A DNA stretch of 64,000 bases. Origin: an uncultured Methanosarcinales archaeon. GTDB taxonomy: Archaea; Nanobdellota; Nanobdellia; Woesearchaeales; CAXGTL01. Shown piece by piece: positions 48,071 through 58,375 of the stretch. The stretch spans positions 70,222 to 134,221 of the forward strand of contig CAZHVK010000004.1 of the NCBI GenBank assembly GCA_964535955.1. Direction: 5' to 3'. The notes beneath the pieces are model-generated. The model was not told where the DNA came from, ran no database searches, and saw only the letters and a list, made by a program, of their open reading frames with translations. The position numbers and the translations under genes are program-made. Position 1 is the stretch's first letter, and each line of letters opens with the position of its first letter.

Positions 48071-49129
48071 TTAGATTTCCTCTCTTAAGGCCTTCTCAGA
48101 TTTTTGAATGTAATTTTCTAAAGCTTTGTAAGTATCTCTGACTTTGGAAGTGCTTAAACCTCTTTCTATTGCATATTTAATTTCTCCATTTTCAACGCCC
48201 ATTTCATAACCATAAACAATCAACTTTAAATTATTTATATCTTCCCACGAATCTAACAAACTCATTTCATTTATTTCTTTTTGAACCCTATCTAAACGAG
48301 ATTCCCAAGAGGCACAACTAAATTCACCTAAAAAGATATATTTAAGTTTATGAAGATCATAATTCGTAGAATTCTTTAACCTCTTGATATAATCAGTAAA
48401 ACTAAAATAACTATCCTCATCTTCACAACCCGTATCTGTTTGTAATCTAAGGCGATCAATCCTATCAGATAATAATTGCATTAATTTCTCTTTTTTATTT
48501 TCATACATTTTTTGTAATTCTTCAAAATTTTTGTTAAACTTTTCAACTTTATTTTTTAATAATTTACCAGCATAAAATATATTATTAACATAAAATTCAT
48601 TACTTTCAAAAACAGATGCTTGTTTCTTAATTTCCTTTAGTCTATCTAGAGTTATTTCGTTAAGATTATCTACAACAATATTCTCCAGTTTTGCTTTGAT
48701 TTGATTTATTGTATCATATGAATCTTCAAGATTTCTTTTCTTTCTCAAGGTAGAATAATATCTTTCAATCTTGTCTGTCACATAATCTTCTGCATCATTA
48801 AATTGTTTAGGCAGTGGCAAACCTTTATTTAGTTTAATATAATCTTTTTTTAGATTAAATATATCTTCTAACCTGTTTTTAATTGATTCAATATAAGGCT
48901 TTACTTGATTAAGTGTTTTTGGTTCATCTTCACAATAAGAACAGATTTCACCTAATTGGATAAGCAAATAGTCTCTTTTCTTATGAATGTTTGGATCTTT
49001 TTTTATTTTATGGATTTTTTGGTTTTCTTTTTTTTCAGCTTTTTTTTTAACATCCAAAACATCTTTTATTGAATCATCTACAAAAGATACCAATTCTGAC
49101 AATGTGTTTGTAAACATATTTTTTTTCAT
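48071..49129 (-). CDS. hypothetical helical/coiled-coil protein
   Basis: 352-aa ORF, GGAGG SD. Confidence 0.65.
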   Translation of the reverse strand: MKKNMFTNTLSELVSFVDDSIKDVLDVKKKAEKKENQKIHKIKKDPNIHKKRDYLLIQLGEICSYCEDEPKTLNQVKPYIESIKNRLEDIFNLKKDYIKLNKGLPLPKQFNDAEDYVTDKIERYYSTLRKKRNLEDSYDTINQIKAKLENIVVDNLNEITLDRLKEIKKQASVFESNEFYVNNIFYAGKLLKNKVEKFNKNFEELQKMYENKKEKLMQLLSDRIDRLRLQTDTGCEDEDSYFSFTDYIKRLKNSTNYDLHKLKYIFLGEFSCASWESRLDRVQKEINEMSLLDSWEDINNLKLIVYGYEMGVENGEIKYAIERGLSTSKVRDTYKALENYIQKSEKALREEI

Positions 49130-49247
49130 TTTGTAACCTCCTCCACCAACCTCTTAATAGAAATATAGGTAGTAAATTATAGATATAAACTTATGTTGTA
49201 GTAAGAAATACAGCAGAATTAAATAGAAAAAGAAAATACAAAAAAAA

Positions 49248-49682
49248 TCAACTAACTTCTAAAATCTTTATCTTAAAATTAAGATTCTTCCCAGCCAATG
49301 GATGATTAAGATCAACAGTTATCTCTGTGTCACTTATTTCAACAATCTTTGCAGGAAACTGTTTTCCTTCAGGTGTTGCAAACATCAGCATCATGCCAGG
49401 TTTTGGCTCTGGTTCTTTTGGTAATTTATCTCTAGGAACCTTTTGCATTAACTGTGGATTTGGTTGTCCATATGATTGTTCAGGTGTTAGTTTGAATGTC
49501 TTTTCTTCATCTTTTTCCATACCAACAACTGCATCATCAAACCCTTGTACAACTTTACCAGCACCTACTTCAAATTCTAATGGATGAGAATGATCACCAT
49601 GCTTAGATGAGTCAAAAACAGTACCATCATCAAATGTTCCTTCATAATCAACTTTTACCTTGTCTCCTTTCTTAATTGCCAT
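49248..49682 (-). CDS. slyD: FKBP-type peptidyl-prolyl isomerase (SlyD-like)
   Basis: VDYEGTFDDGTVFDSS, PEQSYG, DLNHPLAGKNLNF. Confidence 0.95.
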   Translation of the reverse strand: MAIKKGDKVKVDYEGTFDDGTVFDSSKHGDHSHPLEFEVGAGKVVQGFDDAVVGMEKDEEKTFKLTPEQSYGQPNPQLMQKVPRDKLPKEPEPKPGMMLMFATPEGKQFPAKIVEISDTEITVDLNHPLAGKNLNFKIKILEVS

Positions 49683-49751
49683 ATTGAATTCCTCCTATAT
49701 TGTTATTTATGAAGAAAATTAAGATTGGTTTATAAGTGTTTGTGTGAACAA

Positions 49752-50441
49752 TCAAGGATTAACAACTACAAACACCATCTTTGATTCGTATATGTTTTCA
49801 GAATTTTCTTGCATTGCATCAAAATGACATACATAAGTTCCTAAAGAAAGACCTTTTTCTTTTATTATTATTTTAAACCCAATTGCTTCATTTTGTTGAA
49901 CATCTCTTTTTATTGATAATATCTCTGGTATTAATGCATCATCCATAACTTGTTCAGTATCAACATTTGTACATTCTCTAAACCTAAACCTAACATCTTG
50001 TGCAATGGACTCGTTTCTGTTATAAAATTGCACTTTTTCTTCTTCAGAATCTAATGGTTTTAGGTATATATTATCTTTTGTTATCAATGGATCATAAGCT
50101 GTTGCTGGGATTGCCTCAACAGGGATTATCACTGGTGGACGTATAGGTACATATGTAAACACCATTACATAAGCAAACACAATCAATACAAATATAATTC
50201 CACTTAATACCAGACCAATTATAGCAAACCATTTACCTTTTAATTCATTAGTACTTATTTTTACTAGACCAATAATACCAAACACTATTGATAAGATTAT
50301 TAGTAAAGGTGATAATATTGGTGGTGGTGGTGCTGCACCAACCATACCAAAATTAAGTATAAACCACAGAAATAATGAACAAAGTCCTGTTATGCTTAAT
50401 ACTAAGGACCATATTGCAAGTTTTGATGTTTTTTTTTCCAT
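49752..50441 (-). CDS. DUF4190-like membrane protein with extracellular beta domain
   Basis: TSKLAIWSLVLS...FGIIGLVKI..KGKWFAIIG. Confidence 0.7.
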   Translation of the reverse strand: MEKKTSKLAIWSLVLSITGLCSLFLWFILNFGMVGAAPPPPILSPLLIILSIVFGIIGLVKISTNELKGKWFAIIGLVLSGIIFVLIVFAYVMVFTYVPIRPPVIIPVEAIPATAYDPLITKDNIYLKPLDSEEEKVQFYNRNESIAQDVRFRFRECTNVDTEQVMDDALIPEILSIKRDVQQNEAIGFKIIIKEKGLSLGTYVCHFDAMQENSENIYESKMVFVVVNP

Positions 50442-50545
50442 AATAATATTTATGTTAAAAGAATTTATAAGATTTGTGGTTTGTTCCGCGATAATCACAT
50501 TAATCAACCAAAATCTTTATTAAAAGCAAGAGATTCACACACTTT

Positions 50546-50908
50546 ATGACAAACCCATACCATGCAATATTATTAGACACACAATTCACAGACAAAAGTT
50601 TCATACAAAAATGGAAAGGTTTGAGTTCAAAAAAGTCTCGTAATAATCCTTGGTGGCAGATAAAGATTGAAGTTCCTGAAGAAAGATTAGAAGAACTTGT
50701 AAAAGACGGACAAAAATTATTAAAAAATAATAAATTCTATTTCCATGCTTATAGAGATAATGAACTTATTGTTGTCTTTCCAGAAAAAGTATTCTATATC
50801 ACACCAGACAGATCTACATGGGATGAAATGTTGAAATATTGCAGACAATGTGGCATTCCAGAAGATCAAGATGTAGAACCCGCAAGATTTGAAGATGAAA
50901 AATATTAA
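50546..50908 (+). CDS. hypothetical protein (paralog of next gene)
   Basis: WWQIKIEV..FYFHAY..IVVFPEKVF..GIPEDQ. Confidence 0.7.
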   Translation: MTNPYHAILLDTQFTDKSFIQKWKGLSSKKSRNNPWWQIKIEVPEERLEELVKDGQKLLKNNKFYFHAYRDNELIVVFPEKVFYITPDRSTWDEMLKYCRQCGIPEDQDVEPARFEDEKY

Positions 50909-50912
50909 TAAA

Positions 50913-51299
50913 ATGTACAAAGGAATCATAATTGAGGAAAGCTTGGAAAACAAAAATGTTCTTGATAAACTAAAGATAATATCAACAGAGATAGACCCAG
51001 TCACAGAATCACACAAAACACCTTGGGTCAAACAATGGACAATGCATCTTGTAGAGATTGAAGATGAACAAGCAGATGAAATAGCACAAGAACTAAGTCA
51101 ATCATTAGATCCAGACCATGTTTGGTATTGTGACTTTTGTAACAAGACAACGCATTACATAGTGTTTAGAAATAAAATCTTTAAAGTCGATAGAACTAAC
51201 CAGGAACAATATGATAAAGCAAAAGATTATGGCATATCATTGGGCATACCAGCACACCAAGTGGATTTTCATCCTGGTGTAAAGAGATGGGAAAGATGA
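50913..51299 (+). CDS. hypothetical protein (paralog of previous gene)
   Basis: WTMHLVEI..WYCDF..IVFRNKIF..GIPAHQVDF. Confidence 0.75.
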   Translation: MYKGIIIEESLENKNVLDKLKIISTEIDPVTESHKTPWVKQWTMHLVEIEDEQADEIAQELSQSLDPDHVWYCDFCNKTTHYIVFRNKIFKVDRTNQEQYDKAKDYGISLGIPAHQVDFHPGVKRWER

Positions 51300-52246
51300 A
51301 ATCAAAAATATTAGGAATAATCAATACAAAAGATTCTGTTTGGTTTAAATTCAGACCTACTGCATTTATATTAAGAGATTTGGACAAGATATTTGACTTT
51401 AGTTATGATCAAGATATACATGACTTGTCATACAAATCTTGTTTTAGTACTCATCTTTACAGATATTTTGTTATTGGTAATGATGAGTATGATGCATTTG
51501 TTCTTTTGACTAAATCTAGATTGCATTTTATACTTCTAAAAACAAAGAGATATAAAAAATTCGTTGATAAAATCCTAGCATCTTCTTCATTAAAAAGATT
51601 TGAAGAAAAAATAAAACAAAAAAAGAAAGGAGTTATTCATATTTTTAAAAACATGATCAAACCTAAAAAAAAGATTGTTCATTATAAAATCCCTGTTTGT
51701 AATGATATAATATATAAGAAGGATAAAAAAGAATTCATATGTAAAGGTTGCGGCTTGGTATTATCATGTGTAGAATGTAATAATGATGATCTTGTAAAAA
51801 AAGGTGATAAGTTTGCATGCAAACACTGCGGTCTTGTCCAAACATCAAAACAGATACATAAAATAGCTGATAAAGCATTAATACACATGTACACAGAAAA
51901 AGCAATGACAAAAAAGCCAAAGATAAAAAGTGTGTTAAACACTGATGATTGTGTTTGGCTTAGGATTGAGCCTAGTGATTATGTGATACCTCATCTAGAG
52001 AAAATCTTTGGAATATTTGAACATTTGAAAAAGGTTTGTTCTCCTAGAGTAGAATTGAGTAATTATTTTTTATACAATCGCTGGCTAAGACCAGTATTAG
52101 GTGATTTTGTTATGGAAAAACCAGGATTCACTGTTTATTTAATATTCGCACCAAATGAATTACATCTCATATTAAGAAAAACCAAGAAATATAAATCTTA
52201 TAAAGAAAAGATTTTGAAGAGTTTTGTGTTTGGTAAGTATGAGTGA
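51287..52246 (+). CDS. hypothetical protein: duplicated domain flanking zinc ribbons
   Basis: KILGIINTKDSVW...LHFILLKTKRYK repeated as KIKSVLNTDDCVW...LHLILRKTKKYK; central CKGCG, CVEC, CKHCG. Confidence 0.7.
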   Translation: MGKMKSKILGIINTKDSVWFKFRPTAFILRDLDKIFDFSYDQDIHDLSYKSCFSTHLYRYFVIGNDEYDAFVLLTKSRLHFILLKTKRYKKFVDKILASSSLKRFEEKIKQKKKGVIHIFKNMIKPKKKIVHYKIPVCNDIIYKKDKKEFICKGCGLVLSCVECNNDDLVKKGDKFACKHCGLVQTSKQIHKIADKALIHMYTEKAMTKKPKIKSVLNTDDCVWLRIEPSDYVIPHLEKIFGIFEHLKKVCSPRVELSNYFLYNRWLRPVLGDFVMEKPGFTVYLIFAPNELHLILRKTKKYKSYKEKILKSFVFGKYE

Positions 52247-52295
52247 ATATATTTCTACCAATATCTTTAAATAATCAAAAACAATCCCATTTAAT

Positions 52296-53102
52296 ATGCA
52301 AACAAAACAAATAGATTCTATTGCAAATGTTTATCTTTTTCTAGATTATAAAATAAAACACAAAGATGAGTTAATAAAAAGTATATTAAAAGACAATCCA
52401 AGTAATGTTGGTTTTAACAATAAAACACATCTTAAACAGTATCTTAACTTTATGATGTTTGATTATGATCAACAACCAGAATTACCTGTTTATAGTTTTG
52501 ATCAGAAAAAGATCATGTCTCTTATAAAAAGCACAATAACAAAGTGTCATAAGACAATTCCTTCAAAACCTACAAACATGTTTGTATATCCTAATTATAG
52601 TTCTTTTATAAAACAGACAATGTCTGGTGTTCATGGTGATTCTAGAAAAGAAAATGTTTTTGCTTTAGGCATTAATCCTAGTGCAAAACATTGGAAAACA
52701 GGATTAAAAAATGTAATATGTCATGAATATCTTCATTCAGTAACTCTTGATTATCATCAAAAAAACACTTTATTAGACATGATCATCTATGATGGTTTGG
52801 CAGAACATTTTAGAGAATCTGTAATTGGTGGAAAAAAAGCACCATGGTCTAATTCAGTATCAAAACAAGAATGTATAAAACATTTCAAATCATTAAAAGA
52901 CAAACTAGATTCAAAAGATGACATTCTTTACAGAGAAGTTTTCTTTTTTGGTAAGCAATATCCTAAATGGTTAGGTTATTCTTTAGGTTATCATATTGTA
53001 GCATCATTTCTAAATAAAAACAAATTATCTTGGCCAGACATAATAAAGATAAAACCTAAGTATGTGTTTGAGAAGAGTGGGTTTCAACACATAAATCTTT
53101 AA
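52296..53102 (+). CDS. DUF2268-type putative Zn-dependent protease
   Basis: ICHEYLH, TLLD.IIYDGLAEHF, APW, GYSLGY. Confidence 0.85.
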   Translation: MQTKQIDSIANVYLFLDYKIKHKDELIKSILKDNPSNVGFNNKTHLKQYLNFMMFDYDQQPELPVYSFDQKKIMSLIKSTITKCHKTIPSKPTNMFVYPNYSSFIKQTMSGVHGDSRKENVFALGINPSAKHWKTGLKNVICHEYLHSVTLDYHQKNTLLDMIIYDGLAEHFRESVIGGKKAPWSNSVSKQECIKHFKSLKDKLDSKDDILYREVFFFGKQYPKWLGYSLGYHIVASFLNKNKLSWPDIIKIKPKYVFEKSGFQHINL

Positions 53103-53128
53103 AAATAAACATAGATCTCTATCTTAAC

Positions 53129-54019
53129 ATGAAAAAACATAGTCATAAATCCATGGCACAACATTTTAAAGAATTAGAAGAATATGTAGAATCATTACCA
53201 ATAGAGATAAGACCAGTAGCCAGATACAAGTTTAGGTATGAAAAAACAAGAAGATTGACAACAATATTTCCAGATTTCTGTGATCATGTACTAAAACACT
53301 ATCCTAATCATACTTATATATTCATTGATAGAGATGCAAGACCATTATATAATACAATGGAGATATTTAAAAAACAAAAACAACTTGGCATAGAGAACAG
53401 GATAATAACATTGACAAGAGACATGCTGCCTGTAGAGATCTGTGCTATAACAGACAAACTTTCTTTTATATCACAAGATGCATCACTGACATTTGGAGAG
53501 ATTGAAAAACAAATCTCTGAATTTGTAAAACAAAACAAACAATATGAAACAGACTTACACAGATACTTATCACAAGAATTTGATAATCTTGAAAACATGT
53601 TATTTATTGATATTGGTTATTGGGGAAGATGTACTTCTTATCTCATGAATTATTTTGATGATTCTGATTATATGTTGGTTAGAGGCCCTAGATCATCAAA
53701 GTGTTTTAATTCAGATGATTTTGGTGGTGAATCTGTGAATGGTCTGGAAAACCAGATAAAGCATGGTTTTGAAATAAAAGGTTTAGTAGAACAAGATGGT
53801 ATGATAATCATCAGAACAGAACCAGAACATTATTACAAAAACCATAACCTTCACATTGTAGATTACATGGCTATTGAAGCAAATGCTTATGATCATCTTA
53901 GTTTACTTACAGATGAAAAAGAGTTTGAGATCAAGAAAGAATACAGTAAACACATAAAAGAATTTCCAAAACCAAGACCAGTAGATCCATTGATAGATGC
54001 TGGTTTGGGTTTGTGTTAG
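53129..54019 (+). CDS. hypothetical protein
   Basis: FIDRDARPL and FIDIGYWG motifs; family not certain. Confidence 0.6.
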   Translation: MKKHSHKSMAQHFKELEEYVESLPIEIRPVARYKFRYEKTRRLTTIFPDFCDHVLKHYPNHTYIFIDRDARPLYNTMEIFKKQKQLGIENRIITLTRDMLPVEICAITDKLSFISQDASLTFGEIEKQISEFVKQNKQYETDLHRYLSQEFDNLENMLFIDIGYWGRCTSYLMNYFDDSDYMLVRGPRSSKCFNSDDFGGESVNGLENQIKHGFEIKGLVEQDGMIIIRTEPEHYYKNHNLHIVDYMAIEANAYDHLSLLTDEKEFEIKKEYSKHIKEFPKPRPVDPLIDAGLGLC

Positions 54020-54103
54020 TGTGTAGTTGTATTTCTTTATTCCAGCACATAAATCTTTAAAAACACTTTCTGATTCTTCTACTGTAATTAGGAGGATGAT
54101 AAT

Positions 54104-54463
54104 ATGGAACATAAAATAGAAATTCAAGAATTTGTCAGTAAATTAGGGTCAAGATATTCTGATGCAAAGGTTGAAGAAGCATATAGAATGAACAATTGTA
54201 TACAAGATGCTATACAGGATTTATCAAATGCTGAGTGTGAGACAAAGCTTCGTTTTCATTTACGTACTAAAGGTATAGGTATAATGGGTGATTATAAAGA
54301 TGGTGGTGTGATTGGGTCTGGTCCAGTAGCAGTTTTAGCAAGTGCAGAGCATTTTGATGGTGCTCCTTCGCATATGTACCTTATCACTCTTCGACCAGAA
54401 AAATTTAGTCATGAATATTTAGGACCAGATATTTTAGAAACACTTAAAAAATATATTGTTTAA
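54104..54463 (+). CDS. hypothetical protein
   Basis: AGGAGG SD. Confidence 0.65.
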   Translation: MEHKIEIQEFVSKLGSRYSDAKVEEAYRMNNCIQDAIQDLSNAECETKLRFHLRTKGIGIMGDYKDGGVIGSGPVAVLASAEHFDGAPSHMYLITLRPEKFSHEYLGPDILETLKKYIV

Positions 54464-54478
54464 TGGAGGTTTATTAAA

Positions 54479-54925
54479 ATGAGATTTAAAATATATCTAG
54501 ATGATGAATTAGTTGATAAGTTGGTTGAAATGGCACCAGAAGAAATAACTGGTAGAATTGCTGAGGTTAATAAACAAACTATTAGAGATTTAGTTGCAAG
54601 ATTAAAGACTGATGACAAATCTTATAAGAGATTTAGAGACATGGATAATTATGTTATGAGGGTCAATGATCAGTTTTATGATACTGAAGGATGGAACTGC
54701 GGCATTTGTATCAAGAATACTGTAAGAGAAGGAGATCCATTAGGTCACCATCCAGGAGACAAGAACTATTCATTCCGTGAGATAACTAACTTGCCATTCA
54801 GTCTTACAATTAAAGAAGGAAAAAAGACAACTGTTTCAGTAAAAATGGACACTCTGCCTTTGATCGCATCTGTAAGACAAATAGGTGATTACTGCAAACA
54901 AATAGGTTATATCTATAAAGAATAA
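54479..54925 (+). CDS. hypothetical protein
   Basis: GGAGG SD. Confidence 0.65.
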   Translation: MRFKIYLDDELVDKLVEMAPEEITGRIAEVNKQTIRDLVARLKTDDKSYKRFRDMDNYVMRVNDQFYDTEGWNCGICIKNTVREGDPLGHHPGDKNYSFREITNLPFSLTIKEGKKTTVSVKMDTLPLIASVRQIGDYCKQIGYIYKE

Positions 54926-54927
54926 AA

Positions 54928-55284
54928 ATGCAAGGAAGATTTTATAATTCATTTGATGCATTTGGGTCATTGTGTGAGACTGATTTATGTTATATCTGCG
55001 GATGTTATCAAGATGCAGGAAGAGCAAAAGGTCGTTATAAGATTGGTGATCAAGTAAAAGAATGCAATATGACTACTTTCTGGAATGATTCTAGATTTGT
55101 CAGGTCTTTATTATCACAAGGCGGTTCAATAGATATATATTGTGGTGTGTGTTGTTCTCGTGTTGAGCTTACGCAAGATCTTCTTGATAAGATTAGTGAT
55201 GATTTGCCAGGTGAACATGCTATGAGAAGTTCTAGACCTGAGTTTCTTAGAAAGATTTTGTCTAAAGAAGTTGGTTATTGGTGA
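54928..55284 (+). CDS. hypothetical zinc-finger protein
   Basis: CYICG and CGVC pairs. Confidence 0.6.
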   Translation: MQGRFYNSFDAFGSLCETDLCYICGCYQDAGRAKGRYKIGDQVKECNMTTFWNDSRFVRSLLSQGGSIDIYCGVCCSRVELTQDLLDKISDDLPGEHAMRSSRPEFLRKILSKEVGYW

Positions 55285-55310
55285 AAAATAATATGAAGAT
55301 CTTAATATCA

Positions 55311-55646
55311 TCACTTCTTTCTTCTAAAATGCTTTCGTTTAAAATATATAAGATATACCTTAGCCCATAACGCTAACAAAAATATCAAGAAAAACGATGC
55401 ACCAAATATGATAAGGAAAACATTGCCTATGATAAGGACAACTTCCAGGTCTAGCAAAAATGCAATGCCATAGGTTATAAGTCCTAAAAATAATGGTATT
55501 GTTGCAAATGCTAACAATATAGGTATAGCTCCTTCCTTAGAGTCTTCTATGGTGTTCTTAACTATTAGTATGAACATCTTTGGAAAGTTCCAGATTACAA
55601 AACCAGTTATCTTTATGAATTCTTTTAGACTGAATTTCTTTTTCAT
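55311..55646 (-). CDS. small membrane protein
   Basis: Two to three TM helices, basic tail. Confidence 0.65.
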   Translation of the reverse strand: MKKKFSLKEFIKITGFVIWNFPKMFILIVKNTIEDSKEGAIPILLAFATIPLFLGLITYGIAFLLDLEVVLIIGNVFLIIFGASFFLIFLLALWAKVYLIYFKRKHFRRKK

Positions 55647-55753
55647 ATCTTATGGTATAATCATTGTTTTTATTTAAATTATTGGATGTTTTTCGTGATA
55701 ATCACATCATGTTTATCAATACTTTTAAAAACTGATACAACCCACCTATATAT

Positions 55754-56185
55754 ATGAACCCTGAAAAGATATACAAAGAGCTTATGGAAAAGATCAAAGA
55801 ACTAGGTGTTGAAGACAAGATAAAGATAAGGAAAGACACCATCATTAAGATATTTAATATACTAAAACATCCTAACAAAAACTTTCTTAGCTCGCATAAC
55901 ATCTGGGTTGAGATCAAAAGTTTAAAACAAGAACATCTCATGAGATTAGATAAGATAAAACAAAACACAGAACTAAGAAAGTTTCACCCAGCATGCCCAA
56001 ACTGTGAAAATGCTTTGATTGCTACGGGTTTAGGAAGCGGACACACTGTTAGTGTCACTTATTATATATGCTTAAACTGTGGCAAATGTTATTCTTCATC
56101 TAATGTTTGTGGTTTTTCAGAAGACATGGGCAAAGTTAGCTATAAAGAACTTGCAGAACCTTGTTTTGATCAATGGATAGAGTGA
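55754..56185 (+). CDS. hypothetical protein with C-terminal zinc ribbon
   Basis: CPNC...CLNCG. Confidence 0.7.
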   Translation: MNPEKIYKELMEKIKELGVEDKIKIRKDTIIKIFNILKHPNKNFLSSHNIWVEIKSLKQEHLMRLDKIKQNTELRKFHPACPNCENALIATGLGSGHTVSVTYYICLNCGKCYSSSNVCGFSEDMGKVSYKELAEPCFDQWIE

Positions 56186-56222
56186 ATAGGTTTTGATTTT
56201 ATTCTTTGAATGGGTGTATTTG

Positions 56223-56246
56223 TTTCTTTTTATATGTTGCCAGCAT
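56223..56246 (-). repeat. fragment copy of microgene 61248-61394 (CWQH region)
   Basis: 23/24 identity to 61282-61305. Confidence 0.75.
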
Positions 56247-56300
56247 GTTTTTTAACCTTTACAGAAACATTTATATAATCTAAACATATCATCAATAATA

Positions 56301-56684
56301 ATGAATAAAAACAAATTTTTCAAATCATTATTCTTAATAGCAGCATTGTATGACTTGATACTAGGTGTGGTTTTCTTAACAATGTACAAGTTTATATATT
56401 CTTATTTTAATATTGCATTACCTACATATCCAATGTATTTGCAATTATCAGCAGCATTTGTCATTGCAATTGGTATTGCATATTATTTTGTTTATTTGAA
56501 TATGTATAGAAACATTGACTTGGTTAAGTTAGGTATAATCTATAAATTGATATATATTTTAGTTGCTGGTTATTATTATTTAATTGGTATTGCTCATGTA
56601 ATCTTCTTTTGGTTTGTTGTGTTTGACATTATATTCTTAGTATTGTTTGTATGGTTTTTGGTTTATGCTAAGAAAAGAAAATAA
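56301..56684 (+). CDS. 4-TM membrane protein
   Basis: AALYDLILG...FDIIFLVLF. Confidence 0.75.
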   Translation: MNKNKFFKSLFLIAALYDLILGVVFLTMYKFIYSYFNIALPTYPMYLQLSAAFVIAIGIAYYFVYLNMYRNIDLVKLGIIYKLIYILVAGYYYLIGIAHVIFFWFVVFDIIFLVLFVWFLVYAKKRK

Positions 56685-56690
56685 ATTTTA

Positions 56691-58199
56691 TCACACTAAC
56701 ATATAAGGCTGCAGACCTAGTTCAGAATCAGTTGTCACATTTAATTTTAATTTATTTAATCCTGCTTCATCACCATGCTTAGGAATATGTGTTAGATGAA
56801 GGTTAAGGTTTTCTAACTTATTAAGATTATCTATTGCACGTTTCATATAAGAATTAGTACGTGCACCAATTGCCAACAATATCAGGGTTTCTTCTGCATT
56901 CAAAGAAGCAGTCAAAGAACCAAATTTTTTTTTATAATCAATCATCTGTTTTATCAAATATTTTGGCAATAATTTTCTTTTTTTAGGAATACCTGATATT
57001 TGTTTAAGTGATTTTAATATCATTGCAGACTCTGCATGCAGTAGATGAGAATTATGTGCTTTGATAATTTTTTCATTAGGCAGTTCAATAGCAGCGCCGC
57101 AATATACACCTTCATTACCTTCTTTATTTTTTTCTGTTTGTATTTTAGCTTGCCTTGCTTTTTTGATCAATGGATATATTTTTTCATTAACTTTTGCTTT
57201 TTTCATGATAAGTTTTATCTGATCAATTGTTTCTTGTGTTTCAATCCCTAGCACAAACTCTTGTTTATAACGAAAATACCTTCTTACTATCTCTTGTTTT
57301 GATTTTTTTCTTACCACCTTATCATTAACAATACCATGTTTTGCCATGTTCACACCCATGTCAGTCGGAGAATTATATTTATTGACAAAATTTTCACTTT
57401 TTGTGATTGATCTCATTATTCTTTTTAAGATATAAAAATTTTCAATATCCCTGTTATAATTAACAGCTTTTTTTTTATATTTTTTTAGGTGGTAAGGATC
57501 AATAATATTAACATCTTTTAAGTCAGCTGTAGCAGATTCATAAGCAATATTAACTTCATGATTAAGTGAAAGGTTCCAGATAGGAAATGTTTCAAACTTA
57601 GCATACCCTGCATTTATGTTTCTTTTTTGCTCATGATACAATTGTGTAAGACACACAGCCATCTTACCACTTCCACCACCAGTACCAGTCACAATTATTA
57701 AAGGTTGTTTGGTTTTGATATATGGTCGTTTATTAAACCCTTTTAATAATTTTTTTATGTTTTTAGGATAACCAGGAATATTTTTATAAATATACACTTT
57801 ATTGCCTGCATTTTCTAATTTTCTTTTAAACCTCATTGCAAGGTTTTCGTTTTCATACCTAGTTATCACTATTGCAGACACTTTAAGTCCTTTTGCCCTG
57901 ATCTCACTTATTTCTTTTATTGCTTGCAGATCATATGTCAATCCAAAATCATGCCTGATCCTTCCTTTTTGAATATCTTTTGCACTTATACAATAGATTA
58001 TTTCAAGATTCTTTAGATTCTTTAGAAGTTGTACTTTTGCATCTGGTTCATATCCTGGCAAAATTCTTTGCGCATGACCATCATATAATAATTTTCCACC
58101 AAACTCCAGATAAAGCTTATTATCAAACTTTGCTAATCTTTGTTTTATTTCTTTAGTCTGATGTTTAAGATATTTTTTAGTGTCAAAACCTCTTTTCAT
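56691..58199 (-). CDS. DUF1846 family protein
   Basis: KLYLEFGGKL, GSGKMAVCLTQLYHE, YAKFETFPIWNL, NYNRD, SPTDMGVNM. Confidence 0.92.
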   Translation of the reverse strand: MKRGFDTKKYLKHQTKEIKQRLAKFDNKLYLEFGGKLLYDGHAQRILPGYEPDAKVQLLKNLKNLEIIYCISAKDIQKGRIRHDFGLTYDLQAIKEISEIRAKGLKVSAIVITRYENENLAMRFKRKLENAGNKVYIYKNIPGYPKNIKKLLKGFNKRPYIKTKQPLIIVTGTGGGSGKMAVCLTQLYHEQKRNINAGYAKFETFPIWNLSLNHEVNIAYESATADLKDVNIIDPYHLKKYKKKAVNYNRDIENFYILKRIMRSITKSENFVNKYNSPTDMGVNMAKHGIVNDKVVRKKSKQEIVRRYFRYKQEFVLGIETQETIDQIKLIMKKAKVNEKIYPLIKKARQAKIQTEKNKEGNEGVYCGAAIELPNEKIIKAHNSHLLHAESAMILKSLKQISGIPKKRKLLPKYLIKQMIDYKKKFGSLTASLNAEETLILLAIGARTNSYMKRAIDNLNKLENLNLHLTHIPKHGDEAGLNKLKLNVTTDSELGLQPYMLV

Positions 58200-58261
58200 T
58201 CTGATATAAATAAAGAAAATAGTTTATATATCTTTCTGTTAGTACTAGTTTGTTTATTTCT

Positions 58262-58277
58262 TAGCCCTTACTCTATG
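58262..58277 (-). repeat. fragment copy of microgene 3' end
   Basis: TAGCCCTTACTCTATG identical to 61253-61268. Confidence 0.7.
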
Positions 58278-58375
58278 GAACTGTTTTTTAGTGTGTTGTT
58301 GGGGGGACCACAGATCCTAGAATTGTTTATTAGTGGTCACCTGTTTTAGAGTTTTCTTGTATTATTTTTCTCAAA

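Noticed and set aside
54869..54880. Third copy of the element core (TCTGTAAGACAA)
   Set aside because: Short match inside a CDS without the stems or GAACGAG; probably chance
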